A stretch of DNA of 64,000 bases, from assembly GCA_965202585.1 (NCBI GenBank), contig OZ241831.1, positions 11,346,001 to 11,410,000 of the forward strand. Reading direction: 5' to 3'. The notes under the pieces were generated by a model. The model made no database searches, was not told the origin of the DNA, and worked only from the letters and a program-made list of their open reading frames with translations. This document shows, one piece after another, positions 40,080-52,700 of this stretch. The position numbers and the translations under genes are program-made. The stretch is from Thalia democratica (lineage: Eukaryota). The stretch's first letter is position 1. The number at the start of each line of letters is the position of its first letter.

Positions 40080-40470
40080 TTCTGAAATACAAACAATCAT
40101 GTTTCGCTTTCAATCACTAAAAGTACATTCTGAGGTGCATCTCAGGTCTAAGTTACTTCTTGAGGTCTCATCAAACAAATAATTTTCAAAAGAAAATCGT
40201 CAACTTTGTTCGTGGCGTCTTCTTCACACATTTCAAACACAAAATAAAACTCGTTGCTGTTCGGTTGCAGCTCGAGCTTCTCAAAATAACTTGATCTTTC
40301 GTAATCAATATTCGCATTTAAAAACTTAACAGGTGAAAGCTTTTAATCCAAGTCTACTTTTCATTTTCGTCGGAACCGATGCCGCTACTTTTAAATCAAC
40401 GCTTGTCGCCATCTGCGAACACGAAAACAAATTTATCATAACTTCTGATGGCTCTTCAATGACTCCTTGT
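40080..40470 (-). pseudogene. Decayed exon resembling the Treslin N-terminus
   Basis: One frame with several stops: YDKFVFVFADG...IKSFHLLSFLNANIDYER..YFEKL...DFLLKIICLMRPQEVT*T*DAPQNVLLVIES, collinear with recalled Treslin N-terminal motifs (VVFVID, RILLSF..FEK, DFKEL, LL....DRPDITSPT, KNVLFVVS); GC-rich promoter-like tract at 40540-40620. Confidence 0.45.
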
Positions 40471-41410
40471 CCAAATCGTTTTTCTTGTCAACTTGTTCAA
40501 ACGAGAAAATTATATTTGATCGTTCAGTTTAAAAATTAAAGGGTACGTCTTTTGAATGCGACGCAGCGACGCCCACGTAAAAATGCTCTAGCTCGTCAGC
40601 GGCCCAAAACTGACCCAAAACTAGTATACTATACTTCAATATACTAATATACTTCAGTACTCAAAACATTGTTTCTACCAAAAGTTATTAGTCAGGGTCT
40701 AACAAAATTTAAGATGGTAGTAAAAGAAATAAAGAAAATCAGTTCTGTTATATTTTAAACTTAAAAAATACTGTTGTGGTTAAAATCAGAGTTACCAGAA
40801 AGCTTTTCGTTTTGGTGAAGGAGAATACTGAGCTACAGGTTTTTGATTATTAAAACAAAAAATAAGCCGCTTGAGTAAACAGCTACCATTGGTAAAATTA
40901 TATTTCTAACAAGTACTGTTTGAAACATAGTGGCAAGATTTCTGTTAACATTCGCCACAATTTATTTAAGTATGTCATTTGAAGCTACAAATTCCTAAAT
41001 ATTTATATAAAAATTGAGAATCTTTATCACAATTGCTATCAAATAAAGAACACTTCAAATTAAGGATGTAATATCGTTAACTTTTAAATCAATTATTTGA
41101 TAGCTAACTCAAAGTTAATACAAATCTACATTAATTGATAGTGCAAAAAGCATTGTTGACTTAGATAGTTACTTATCTGATTTACAATGATATTTTGTAC
41201 TAGTTTCAAGGATACTTCAAGTAAAGTACAACGTCAAAAAATACTGTCATATAAACGATCAATTTATAGTATAAAATAAAATATCGATAGAAAAGAGCAA
41301 ATATTTATGAAACTAATGATAAAACATAACAAAAACTAAATTATGAAAACTTTATGATCTTGCTCATTAGCAGCAATTTTCTTAGTTTTTGAGTTTTTAG
41401 AACATTTATT

Positions 41411-42078
41411 TCAGTATAGACGGTCTTCACCAAGTTTTTTCCTTAAATTATACTCAAAACTCATTAAGAGGTCGACATCTTCCATTAAAGATGGCTCAGG
41501 ACTGGTAACTCTACACGAATTAAGTGTTTTTGGTTGATCAGATGAGTTGCCATAAACTGTTGGTCTTGATTGCAACAATTTTTCACTATTTTTATTGATA
41601 ACTTTTGGCACAAAAATTCTAGATCAGACATGTTAAAAAGCTCTGCTTTGTTTACTCAAGCGTGAAATTACTAACTTAAAACAAACCAAAAATAAAACAC
41701 TTCATTGCTGAATTACCATAGTAACTTTTAGCATTTTAACATCTCTGTTCTAGATCTTGTTTTTTCGTGCAGCTTTTTAATACTTTTGTATTGATTCAAT
41801 GTATGCACTTTTATTATTTTTCGTGACACCACATTCACCTTTCTCCCACTAAAAGCTGCAAGACTAACTGAGGGCGAAGGTCCATCAGAACAGACGTTCA
41901 AACTGGATTTGTTGTTCAGATTTGCGTTAGGCTTAGTTGAAGTCATGAAAAGTGCCTTCATACTACTTTCATTGCTGAATTTTGGCTGATTAAGTTTAGA
42001 CCTACCTTTTGTAAGCCTTGGATCTGGTAACTTTTCACGACTTTCGATTGGAATAACTATAGGCTTCTCAGTACTCAT
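41411..42078 (-). CDS. Two-exon ORF (~180 aa) carrying a Treslin C-terminal motif; may have upstream exons
   Basis: Exon 42080-41741 (acceptor tataag, donor AT|gttaaa) joins in phase 2 to 41618-41411 (acceptor tctag); begins MSTEKPIVIPIESREKLPDPRL. Confidence 0.55.
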
Positions 42079-43339
42079 TTCTTATACAAAAAATATAACT
42101 TACATATATATAATTATGTTATACTCTATGTTATATTAAATGTTATATAAAATTATGTATAAATCATAACTTATACAAAAACGTCATGAAAAAGTTTTTA
42201 TAATGTTTTTTTCAACTAAATTTGATATTTTAAGTATATCTACATTATTGTAAAAGTTTCGGTAAGTAAGACAGTATATATATATATATATACAATGAAA
42301 AAAAAAAACGGTTTGACTGAACCATTAACATTTTTTTAAGTTTTATGTTGTTGCTGGTTTTTTTAAACATATTTTAAATCAAAAGTTAAGCATATCCTTG
42401 AAAGTTATATGTTTATTTGAATATAAACTTCGAATGATATAAGTAAAACTTGTAGTTTTGGAAACTATTTTTATATTATTGTTAAGATCTAAAAAACTTT
42501 GAAATCTATTTACTCTTAAAGCTTTATTTTAACTATAAAATAATTAAACAAAAAAAGGTATTACAACATAATTGGTTATGAAAATTTATATCATAGTTGT
42601 TACAAATACTACTTGAAATTATAGTCAAAGAATGTACAGAAAAAGGCTCTAACGAAGATTTAATAAAGTATAAATATTAATTCAAAATTTATGTTTTGTT
42701 GTTTTACATTATAAAAATATAGAAAGTAGCAAAATTTTATTATAACAAACTTTAATGTTTAAGCTTAGTTAAATATAATATTAATTGTGAATAAAACAGT
42801 TCTCATCCAAAAAGTAACAAAATTTTACATAAACTACTAAAATAACCTAGTTAGAAAAACTTTTTCGATATTATTAGATCAGACTAAAAGTGTAAAATAA
42901 GAAATTAGTACTCAATAGAATATATCTTTATTTTATTACTTTACTAATGTGATTATATTGTCACAACTATTGTAAGTTGTATTGTATATGTCGCTTTTCT
43001 CACTAGTGCTTAAAGTTCTTTAATAGATTAAGCTTTATAATAAAAATACTAATTAAAACTCTATATGGTAGTCGTCGTGTAATTGCCAAAAACAGCCTGA
43101 AAGATCAAAACATTTCTAAGCTAATTATATAAGAAACATAAATACAAAAAGTAACCCTAAAACTAATGACAAGTTTGGATAGCCGACTGAAAAAATTTGC
43201 TAATTACAATTTTTTTGTATTTGTTAAGTAGCACTATTTGAAACATCATTCTTTTGTCTACGAATTAAATAGTTTATGCAAGTTTATTAATTCACGAACT
43301 TGTTTATAGAACAATGTTTCAATAATTGAATAATACTTG

Positions 43340-43460
43340 TGACATCATCCTTGGATTCAAGCTGATAGCTTCTTAATCTTATTTATTTAACATCGTTTAT
43401 TTACAAAAGGTGTTTTTAATAGTGTTAACAACTTTAGTGTAGTTTAGAATTACAAATATA
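43340..43460 (+). repeat. Local direct duplication with 44600-44720
   Basis: GTGA.ATCATCCTTGGAT.CAAG.TGATAGCTT.TTAATCTTAT.TATTTAACATCGTTTATTTACAAAAG shared. Confidence 0.8.
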
Positions 43461-43769
43461 TATTGTTTATTAAACTACAAACAAAACTGCTCAAAATGTT
43501 TGGTCCTAAGACCTGGTGCACAAAAAACCTTTCGGTTATCAAGTCGAACACCCCTTAGATACCTTTTAACGTTTTGCCCAGGACAGAATAAAACAACAAA
43601 ACAAACTCAATAGTACTAGTTTTGTTTACAAATGTGTTAACCTAACTGCTTAGTGTTTATAATTTCTTCAATAGTTTTTCATTTGACTAGATTTAAAGTG
43701 ATTTTAAAACTACTTCTATTGTTTATTAAATACTTTTTTAACTGATTAAATTATTAGCAAGACTTGAAA

Positions 43770-44190
43770 TTGAAAATCTACTCATTTTTCGTTAATTTTT
43801 GATAAGTTAAAAAAAATTATGTATAGATTTTACTACAAACAAAAAATTTGTTTTCCTAAGTTTATAAGATTGTTAATGTTTAATAAATCAAAACTATTCT
43901 GTGTTTTGAGCCAAACAAAACAGCTGATTAAATGAACATAAAAATGTTTAAACTTTGTCTGATTTCAACTATTAGTTTTCCTGCAATTAATAAAAATTTT
44001 GTATATAAAATAATGCTTAAATTTCAAATGATTTTTAGTAATTTTAATTACTTAATTAAAAACGTAACTTGTTATTGTTTTTAGTTTAAATATTACAAAT
44101 TGAATATAAATTAAAAACTATCTTCGTGTTCAAAGACTTTCTAATCACTCAATTATCGGTTTCTTATGTAAACTATATCATTTAATCACT
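43770..44190 (+). repeat. Dispersed ~420-bp repeat, also at ~61790-62230
   Basis: Long collinear matches, e.g. AAATCTACTCATTTTTCGTTAATTTTTGATAAGTT and GTGTTTTGAGCCAAACAAAACAGCTGATTAAATGAACATAAAAATGTTTA. Confidence 0.85.
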
Positions 44191-44406
44191 GTTTCAATTA
44201 GCTGTTTGAATGAGTTTTAGCTGATCAATTTTTTAATACTTTATAATTTTCTTGTGTATTTTGTTCAAGAACTTGATTTCAGATTTTTAATTGTAAATTA
44301 CACCTAAATTTGTAAATTTTGTGGCTAGCTGTTCTACTTATTATTAGATTAAAGTTTTTTTTTTCAGTTTTTAATAACCTCATTCTGACTCAGGCTAGTT
44401 TATACT

Positions 44407-44598
44407 TAGTGATGTACCAGACTCACTATCCGGGTCCGGGTCCGGCCGGATATTGCCATTTTCGTCTGATATCCGGATCCGGCCGAATTCTAATTTGAAA
44501 AAAAAAGTCCGAATCCGATTCCGGCCGGATTCTAACTTGAAAAAAAGTCCGGATCCGGGTCTGGCCGGACCCGAAATTGTGGGTCCGGTACATCTTTA
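44407..44598. mobile_element. CCGGAT-rich MITE
   Basis: Imperfect TIR TAGTGATGTACCAGAC / GTCCGGTACATCTTTA with internal CCGGATCCGG repeats. Confidence 0.65.
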
Positions 44599-44736
44599 GT
44601 GATATCATCCTTGGATGCAAGTTGATAGCTTTTTAATCTTATCTATTTAACATCGTTTATTTACAAAAGATGTTTTTAACAGTTGTTAACAACTAAAGTG
44701 TATTTTATAATTACAAATAAAACGAACTCAATAGTA

Positions 44737-45598
44737 CTGTGCTTATTCACTTATCCGGACATGTTGGGCAAGATTTTCTGTAAACATGTCCGGATTAGCA
44801 TTTTTCCGGATAAGTACAAAGACTCATATTTTTCATAAAATAATATAATTTCTGTATATTAGTCAATGCATAACAAATAATAAAAGCTCAGCTGTTATTT
44901 TTCTGCTTTAAACTTTTTAAACTTGTCTTCTTTTTACAAAATGTCGTACAAAAACGACCTGTCTATGCTAAACTACCCCAATATAAAAGACTTTTGTACA
45001 TTTTTCTTATTATTTTACAGATTTCTAGTTTTTTTTCAATGGTTAGTGCAACTATATTTTTTTAGATTTCTTGTTCATTTCTAAAACCTGGTATGTTGAG
45101 TGTGTTAAACTTATATTACTTATAAATAAAAAAAACAAAAAGTTGTACATCTCATCTTAAACAAAAAGTGTTTGAATTAACAACTTTTATAATATAGTTT
45201 GAATTAAAGTTAAACATAAATGAACTGTTATACGTTAATTTTCTAAAAAAACTTAAAATTTAACTATTTATCGAAAAATCGTTAAAAAGTTTAAATTAAA
45301 AAGTTTGAGCCATGTCCTAAATAACATTGTTAAAAAACTTATCAGAACTGAATTACTTTACATTCAAAGGTTTTTGATGAGTAAACTTGTTTTGAACAAA
45401 GTTTGAATGTAAGCTTTAGTAGTAATGAACTAAATTGTAGAATTTATAAGATAACTTGAAATTTTCTTACACCATGAAAGCTTAAATATTTGTATGAAAC
45501 AAAAATTTTTAAGTTTAACATTGAATTTTATTTTTTAAATTTTCTTCTCGACTGAAACTGTCCGGACAAGTGAAGTCCGGATAAGTGAACAAGCACTG
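44737..45598. mobile_element. Tc1/mariner-type non-autonomous element
   Basis: 24-bp TIR CTGTGCTTATTCACTTATCCGGAC / GTCCGGATAAGTGAACAAGCACTG flanked by TA on both sides. Confidence 0.85.
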
Positions 45599-46736
45599 TA
45601 CTAAGTACCACCTTAGACAAAATAATTTTAGATACTTTTAAGAAGCTACAACAAAATTTAAAAACGTTTGTGATTTAAGTTACAGTACACGTTTTCAAGC
45701 AGGCTTATTAACTAGATTTGTTTGGAAAGAAAGATGCAAGTGAAGATAAATGGTTTGAAGTATAGAAGAATGCAAAACCAGTTAATGACATTGGACTATT
45801 ATATTATTATTGTGTTTACTGGCGAGACAGAAGGAGAAAAACTTTTTGTTTTCATATAATCAAGAGATTCAAACTGAAGTTTTCATATAAATTTTTATTT
45901 TAGTTTTTTTTTTTTAAGTTTTTTATTAAGAATTACATTTTTTACTGCTATGTAATTACATAGATCGTCGGGAATCAATAAACAAGCCTGTATTCAATAA
46001 AAAGTAGTTATCCTTTACAAGACCTCTTAGACCGTGAATATAATTTTTAGTGTTAATGTTTTTTCATCAAGAATTATAACTATTTTGGTATGTTTAACCA
46101 GAAATTGTAATAAATATATACCTTTAGTGATACAACCTACATAGGGTTTTCTAATTTCTATTTGAAATTTAACATAGAATAATATTCATAAAAACACAAT
46201 TAAAGTTTGTTTATGGATTTTAATAAAAATATAGCTTATATTAATGTGTAAAATATTTTTTTATAGTTATGAAGTAATAAAAGCTTCTGAGTGTTTAAAA
46301 GCTCAAGGTATATATTTTTTAACTTACACTATTATTGGTTACTAAGATTTAAGTTTTAACAATTTAAACACTAGTTTATAATAAATTTTCATCTAGTTTG
46401 TTTTACTTGTTGTTTAGCTTATGTTTAGTTTTGATATAACAAACTCTTAAAAGATTTTAAATATACAAAATAGTTCAAAAAAAAAAATTGTTCACTTGTT
46501 TATATCGCTAAAAGCTTGTGTACTAAAAGCTAGTAGTACGCTCCAAATTAAACATTATAACAACAACAACATAAGATAAACAAAAAAATTAAAACTGCAT
46601 GATTTTAATAAACAAGTTAGTTTGTAGCGCTAAGGTATTTCTTTTTAAAAGGTAAACAAGCTATTTTAATTCTTAACTAACATGTTGCAAATTTGTGAGA
46701 TAGAAGAAAAATAAGATAAGAATATTATTAAATTTT

Positions 46737-49700
46737 TTACAAAGTTTTTCGACGAGAATCTTGATTATAATGATTTGGGATACAAAAGGAACCTTTAGGG
46801 CATATCTTATCCTTACGACCATCTGCATAAAGTATAATTGTAAAAAAAAACTTAATAACCAAATCCTTTGGTTTTCTAAAAAACAACTTATATTTGTAAT
46901 TAAACTGGTTTGACTTTTTCAACTTTACATAACTTGTTAGATCGTAAAAAGTATAGGTATTGGTAACTCCTTTTTTATCAAGTCAAACTATTTTGATAAA
47001 TAAAAACATAAAATACGATAATTACAACTTGAATAAATAAAGTTTTACAAAAGTTAGGTTTTTACTCGAAATAAATATGACAAAAAATCAGACTTAAACT
47101 ACTTTAATCGTAAATTTTTTATTTTATCATCAAAGCACTAGTAATTATCAAATTTTTAGTAACAACAATTAGTAGTAGTAGTATTACCCTTGGTTACCTA
47201 AACATGAAAAACTTTCAAAAACTTAAAGTATTAATATAAGAACAAGATTATCATTAAAAAATTAAAATTATTATTGAAACTAATTACTATAATTATTTAT
47301 TTAAACTAAAAAATTAATTATTTATTAAAAAAGTCTGAAGTAAATGAAAACTTTTACAAATAGTAGTTTTACAAATACTGTTTAAGCGTTGTTGTTTAGC
47401 AGAATAGAATAATTTACTTACGTTTTAAGCAAACATCTAAAATAAAATAAAATCGCGTATAAGCAGATATTAGATTAATTGGAAACATTTAAAAGGTAAT
47501 AAATGACTATTAAATGTTAGTTAAAAATGTTGTATACAAAGCCGATATATTGATATTTTTTATATCATAGTGTTTTTGTAAATGTGATTATCACATACTT
47601 ATTTTTTTGTTTTTATAGCTGCTATAACTTTGAGCCAGTTAAAAAAATATACTTTAAGTTTACTAATAAACATACCTTTTCATAGAAAACTTATAAATAA
47701 ATATATATTAAATAAAATACTAAATAAACTAAAAAGTGTTATATTATAGTGGAGTTTTAAAATTAAACTTACTGTTTTGCTTTTTTACTCTTCAATGTAA
47801 ACACAGCTAATTTTACCATAGATGTTTTGAAGGCATTTATGAGAAGTTGGACATTTACCTCCACATAGATCTAATTTTATTAAAAATTCACGTTACCAAC
47901 TTTTTCTATAAGAGAGAAACAATACTTTAGATTTGATTTGAAAATAAGGTCTACTTGTTAAGAACTTGTTTAGTTTTAAAACTATCAACAAATTAAGCAT
48001 ACTTACTTAGTAACATGAATACCGTGAAGAAAAAAAACTACGCAGTAATAAGACTTGTAAACTTTGTTTTCAAAAAAAACTTAAAAACAGTAGTAAAGTA
48101 CTTATTTAAACAAAAGAAAGACTACAACCATGCATTTCTTTAAGCAAAATACTTACCATAAAAAAACAACATTTATAAAAAATTAATAAACTGTATTACA
48201 AAAAGCTTACTTGTTTTTGTTAATTTATTTTTTACCTAGGATACAACTTGATGATTTCAAATATATAGTTTGTTATATGTAAACTATTTACTTTGAGAAA
48301 ACGTATAAACGTTGGCATATTGTAAGAAAATAGCTGTTTTTGGTTTTAGTAGATATATACAACTTTTAGATACAAAAAACTTCATTCTAGAATTACATTT
48401 AAATATTTTTTATATTTAATTGAGGTTGAATAAGTTTTGTTACCACTAATAATTATACACAAAAAAAAACGAAGTAATTTTTAAGTTTTAGCAAGCTGTT
48501 GCTATATAATTTTTGTTTACTTTTGAAACGGTTTTGTAAAAATTTGAAAAAGTGGTTTTAAAAGATTAAAAAAACTTAACTACTGTTTCAAAAATCCTTT
48601 CAGGGAAATTTATAATCAATTAATGAAATTAAATTGATTGAATCTAATGAAACGTTTACAGAACAACTTTTATTTAATAAAATAGAGTCAATGACAAAAT
48701 AAAAAACTTCATAAAAAGGTTTTTTGTTTAGTCATTATTCTTTTTAGAAACTCTAAACGACACTTTACTACATCAACCAATCACCAACACATAGTCAAGT
48801 AGACTCAATACAAATTCAAAATAACTCCAAGAGCTATAGTTTAGCACTGAAGCTTTCTCTCGTAGTGTCAGTTTAAAAGACAAACATAATCAACAAAATG
48901 AGTATGAGGCTGTGAGAACTTCTATGTGAATTTGAGGTTGATAGTCGTATGATATAATTAATGGTATTTGTTTTGAGATATAAATAATACCTCCTATACT
49001 GACGATTTAAAAGTACTTATTAAATAATTTACTTTATCTTGTGTTAAAACAGATAATCTAATTAAAAAAAAATCTTAAGAGTACTGTCTTCAATACTCTT
49101 AAACACCACTTAAAATACTTTTTAAAACAGAAAAAAATTATAACAAAAAAAAGCTTAACTGACCATTAACTTTTACTACTTTTGTATAGTTATGCAATAC
49201 ATATGGTTCTCCAAGAAAAGAATATTTTCCAATACGTCTATTGTAATCAGCAACTAAAAGTGTAAACTCATCGACGTCACCCGATGTTCTTGCGTAATAC
49301 TTTATTAAAACTACAAAATTCAAGCCATTTTCGCTGACCGAGAACTTTCTGAACATAAATGAACAAAATATAAATGGTTCATCAAGATGTTTTATTTTTT
49401 AATGTGTTACATGATATTTTTTTGAATTCGTTAAATTTTCAGGGTAATATTACAAACAAAATTTATTTAAAGATAAAACAATGCAAATGCTTTAGTAAAT
49501 TATTTAGAGTTTAAATTGCAAAGATATCTTGTAGTAGCCTAATACTTACGGAATACAAATAATCATGCTATAGAACATTATGTAAACGATCTTAATTTAG
49601 TACAAAATGTTCTCAAAGTAAAAAATATCCACGTTTCTAAAAAGTTAAAAAAACGTTTAAGCTTGAAGTTTTGAAAACCTGAATAGATTGGCTTATAGGC

Positions 49701-52700
49701 AACAACTCACGGATAATGGTCTGAATAAGTTAAATTGATGTATCGGTGTGATGGGTACTTGTAGAACACTCTAGAGGGCAAGACTCTTCTTCTCAGAAAC
49801 GGATTGTATGAAGCAATATTTTTCTGGTTTAATTAAAAATAATAAACTAGTAACTTAAACTGCTTATTAGATTTAGTAATTAGTTCAAAAGTTGCCCAAA
49901 GTTGTTCAAAAGCTACCCAAAGTATAAAATTTGGACTTTGCTTCTGAAGATTTGATTTATGTGTATCTATTTCTTCTAGCGCGATGAAGTTTAAGTTAAG
50001 AAAAGCAGCCACTAATTTATAATACTTTGCAAAAATAGATTCAAAAGAAATAGCCGTAGTAAAAAATTTTTAGAAAGCATGGTCCTCTAAGCCGCCACTT
50101 ATAAATTATAATCTAGAAAACTACTGTAACAAATATATTCATTTACATAAAAATGAAATTTAATTAGTGAGAAAATCGAGTTATCATAAACTTCAAGCTT
50201 TTAAATAACTACTTTTGTATTTATTTTGTGAATTAATATTTTAAAGCTATAGAAACAACTAAAACTAAAACAAAGATGTATCTTCTTTTTAATTTAAAAT
50301 AGAAAGTAACTAAAGTAAACAAAAATAATTTAATTACCTTATACTTTTTCTATTCATACTTTTTTACTAAATGTTTTCATAATAAAACAAAGTAAGTAAA
50401 ACCTTGTTATGCTGTATGATGAAGAAAACATCTCTACTTGGTCTACGAGCTAGTCTCATATAAAACTGAACAGTGGTGGCACCTCCTTCCAATAAACTAA
50501 ACTCTTCTGTCTTTTGCCTTTTGTCCAATCCAAAAACTACAGCAAATTGAAATGCTTTTAATTTAGCTAATAGTTTCTTTCAGGTAAAATTGATAAGAAT
50601 TTAAAATAAGCTATAAATAGCTAAAGTTGTAACAGATGTTATGGTGAAAATGTTAATTAGAAAAAAATATTGCTACGATAACAAAACCGAGCGCATGTAA
50701 TTTTATTTGTTTGATAAAGTGTAAAATTCTGGTTGAACAATGTTATAAATTAGCATTTAACTTTTATGTATTTCTATAGTAAAAGTTTTAGAAAACATTT
50801 AAAAGCTTAGCTTGAACTTACATGTTCAAATTTATTTTGACAGAGATCTAAAAGCAAATTAGCCATTCAAAGTTAAAAAAACGAGTACAAAATTGGTGCT
50901 TAAAGTATTTTTACTTAAGTATATATTCATAAAAAGTTGTAAAGCTTAACGTTTCAACATTTGGTGACAACAGTACCTAAACAAATAAGTTCAAATAATA
51001 ATAATCATACTATGCTATGATCTTTTATAAAGCTTAATTTCTTCTAGATTTAGATAAAATACCAATATGTATAAATAATTTCATTATTTATTGAGAAAAT
51101 TTTTTTTGCTCGAAATTAACAAGACTTAAATTAAACTGAAAAATAAACTTTTTAATAACTAAAAAGATTTCAACTGAATTTGAAATTAATCTATTTTATT
51201 GTTTTATAAAAAATGTTTTAATACGAATAACATACTAATACATATACCGAAAAACACAGTTCATTAATCAAAAATACAGTAATTAATAAAAAACTAACTC
51301 GATTTACAAACCGGACACTCATAATTTTTTGACCATATTCCGTTCCATTCACAAAAATTTCTCGTTAAGTTCCTGTCAACATAATACTTTTCGTCGCACC
51401 AATTGTCAGTGTGGCAACTTCTTGAGTGGTAACAATCAGAACGATTAGAATTGACATGTTTTTCTTTGACAAGTTGATTTTCATCATCGCAGCGATTCCA
51501 TAAAATTTCGCAAGCTGTCAGTTTTTAGAAAGATTGTATTTCCGAAGGGGGTTATCATAAAAAAAGAATTTTTAATTTTAAGTTTAAGATACTTTATTTG
51601 AAAATTCAAACAGCCGGAAAAATTTTAGTAATCTATGAAAACTGAAAAACGTAAAAAAAAATTTTAACACTCACGTTTTTCTAATGGGACGTATTTAACT
51701 ATATGTGCAATGCCCCCAGGTTGGACTTTGTAACTACATTTCGCCCATTTAGGAACCTCTCTAACTCCATACGTTATGTAAGGCAGCTTCTGAGTTACCA
51801 TTGTCCAAGATCTTCTAGCTAAAAAAATACTTGCTTTAATAAATTTATTATGCAAAAACTAAATGCATTAATATTTTATTTTATAAAATGAAGCTTAATT
51901 TTGAGCTATATTGATTTATCTAAAAAAATTGAACTTGATCAACAAATAGCAGCTAAATAAACTTTAAATTGATTAATATTCATGTTTTAAAATCTATAAA
52001 AGTCAAACTTAAAATTTAGTATTTTAAAATTCATACTTTTAGTACCAGGGTTTCTAGAAACCATTTTGTTATTCTTTAGAGTTAAAAAAACTATACTTAC
52101 GTATTATTTATTTTTTGTTACTTTTTGTATAACCACACTCAAAACTAAATGAATACCTTTAATCCAAATCAAACATATGCCTAAGTTAACGGTTGTAACA
52201 AACGCATCACTCACACACGCTGAAAGGGCAACCTTCGTTCACAATCACCCTTCCGTCAACCATGACGGTATTTGATCCGTACCCGTCCACGTAATCGATC
52301 CACTCCTTCTTCCAACCTCGGTCCGACGTGGTTTCGTGGACTGCCATTATTATCAAGCTGTACAACTCGGTATGTTTCAAATAGTCTATCATCCTCTTTT
52401 TCTGATTCAAAAACATTATTTTTTTGTGCAAACTTACATGGTTGCAATTTTTAATGAGTTTGATTAATCAAAAATACTGCAGCTTGTGTTTTAATATGCA
52501 GTGTTGGTGGTTGAAAACAACATAGTTCAGTATGTCTAAAGGTTCTTTTAAAAATAAAAGTTTATACTTTTTATAACTAAATAAAAAAAATTATACAGTA
52601 ATCTTCCTTTATTCTACCCACATATGTTTCTGTGTGTCAACGAATCAACACACTTCAACTGGTTGTTTTTATTTATATTCCAGTTAAGTTACTTCATTAG

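Noticed and set aside
45720-46140. Possible extra exons downstream of the ILEI gene
   Set aside because: No in-frame acceptor, and stops in all relevant frames.
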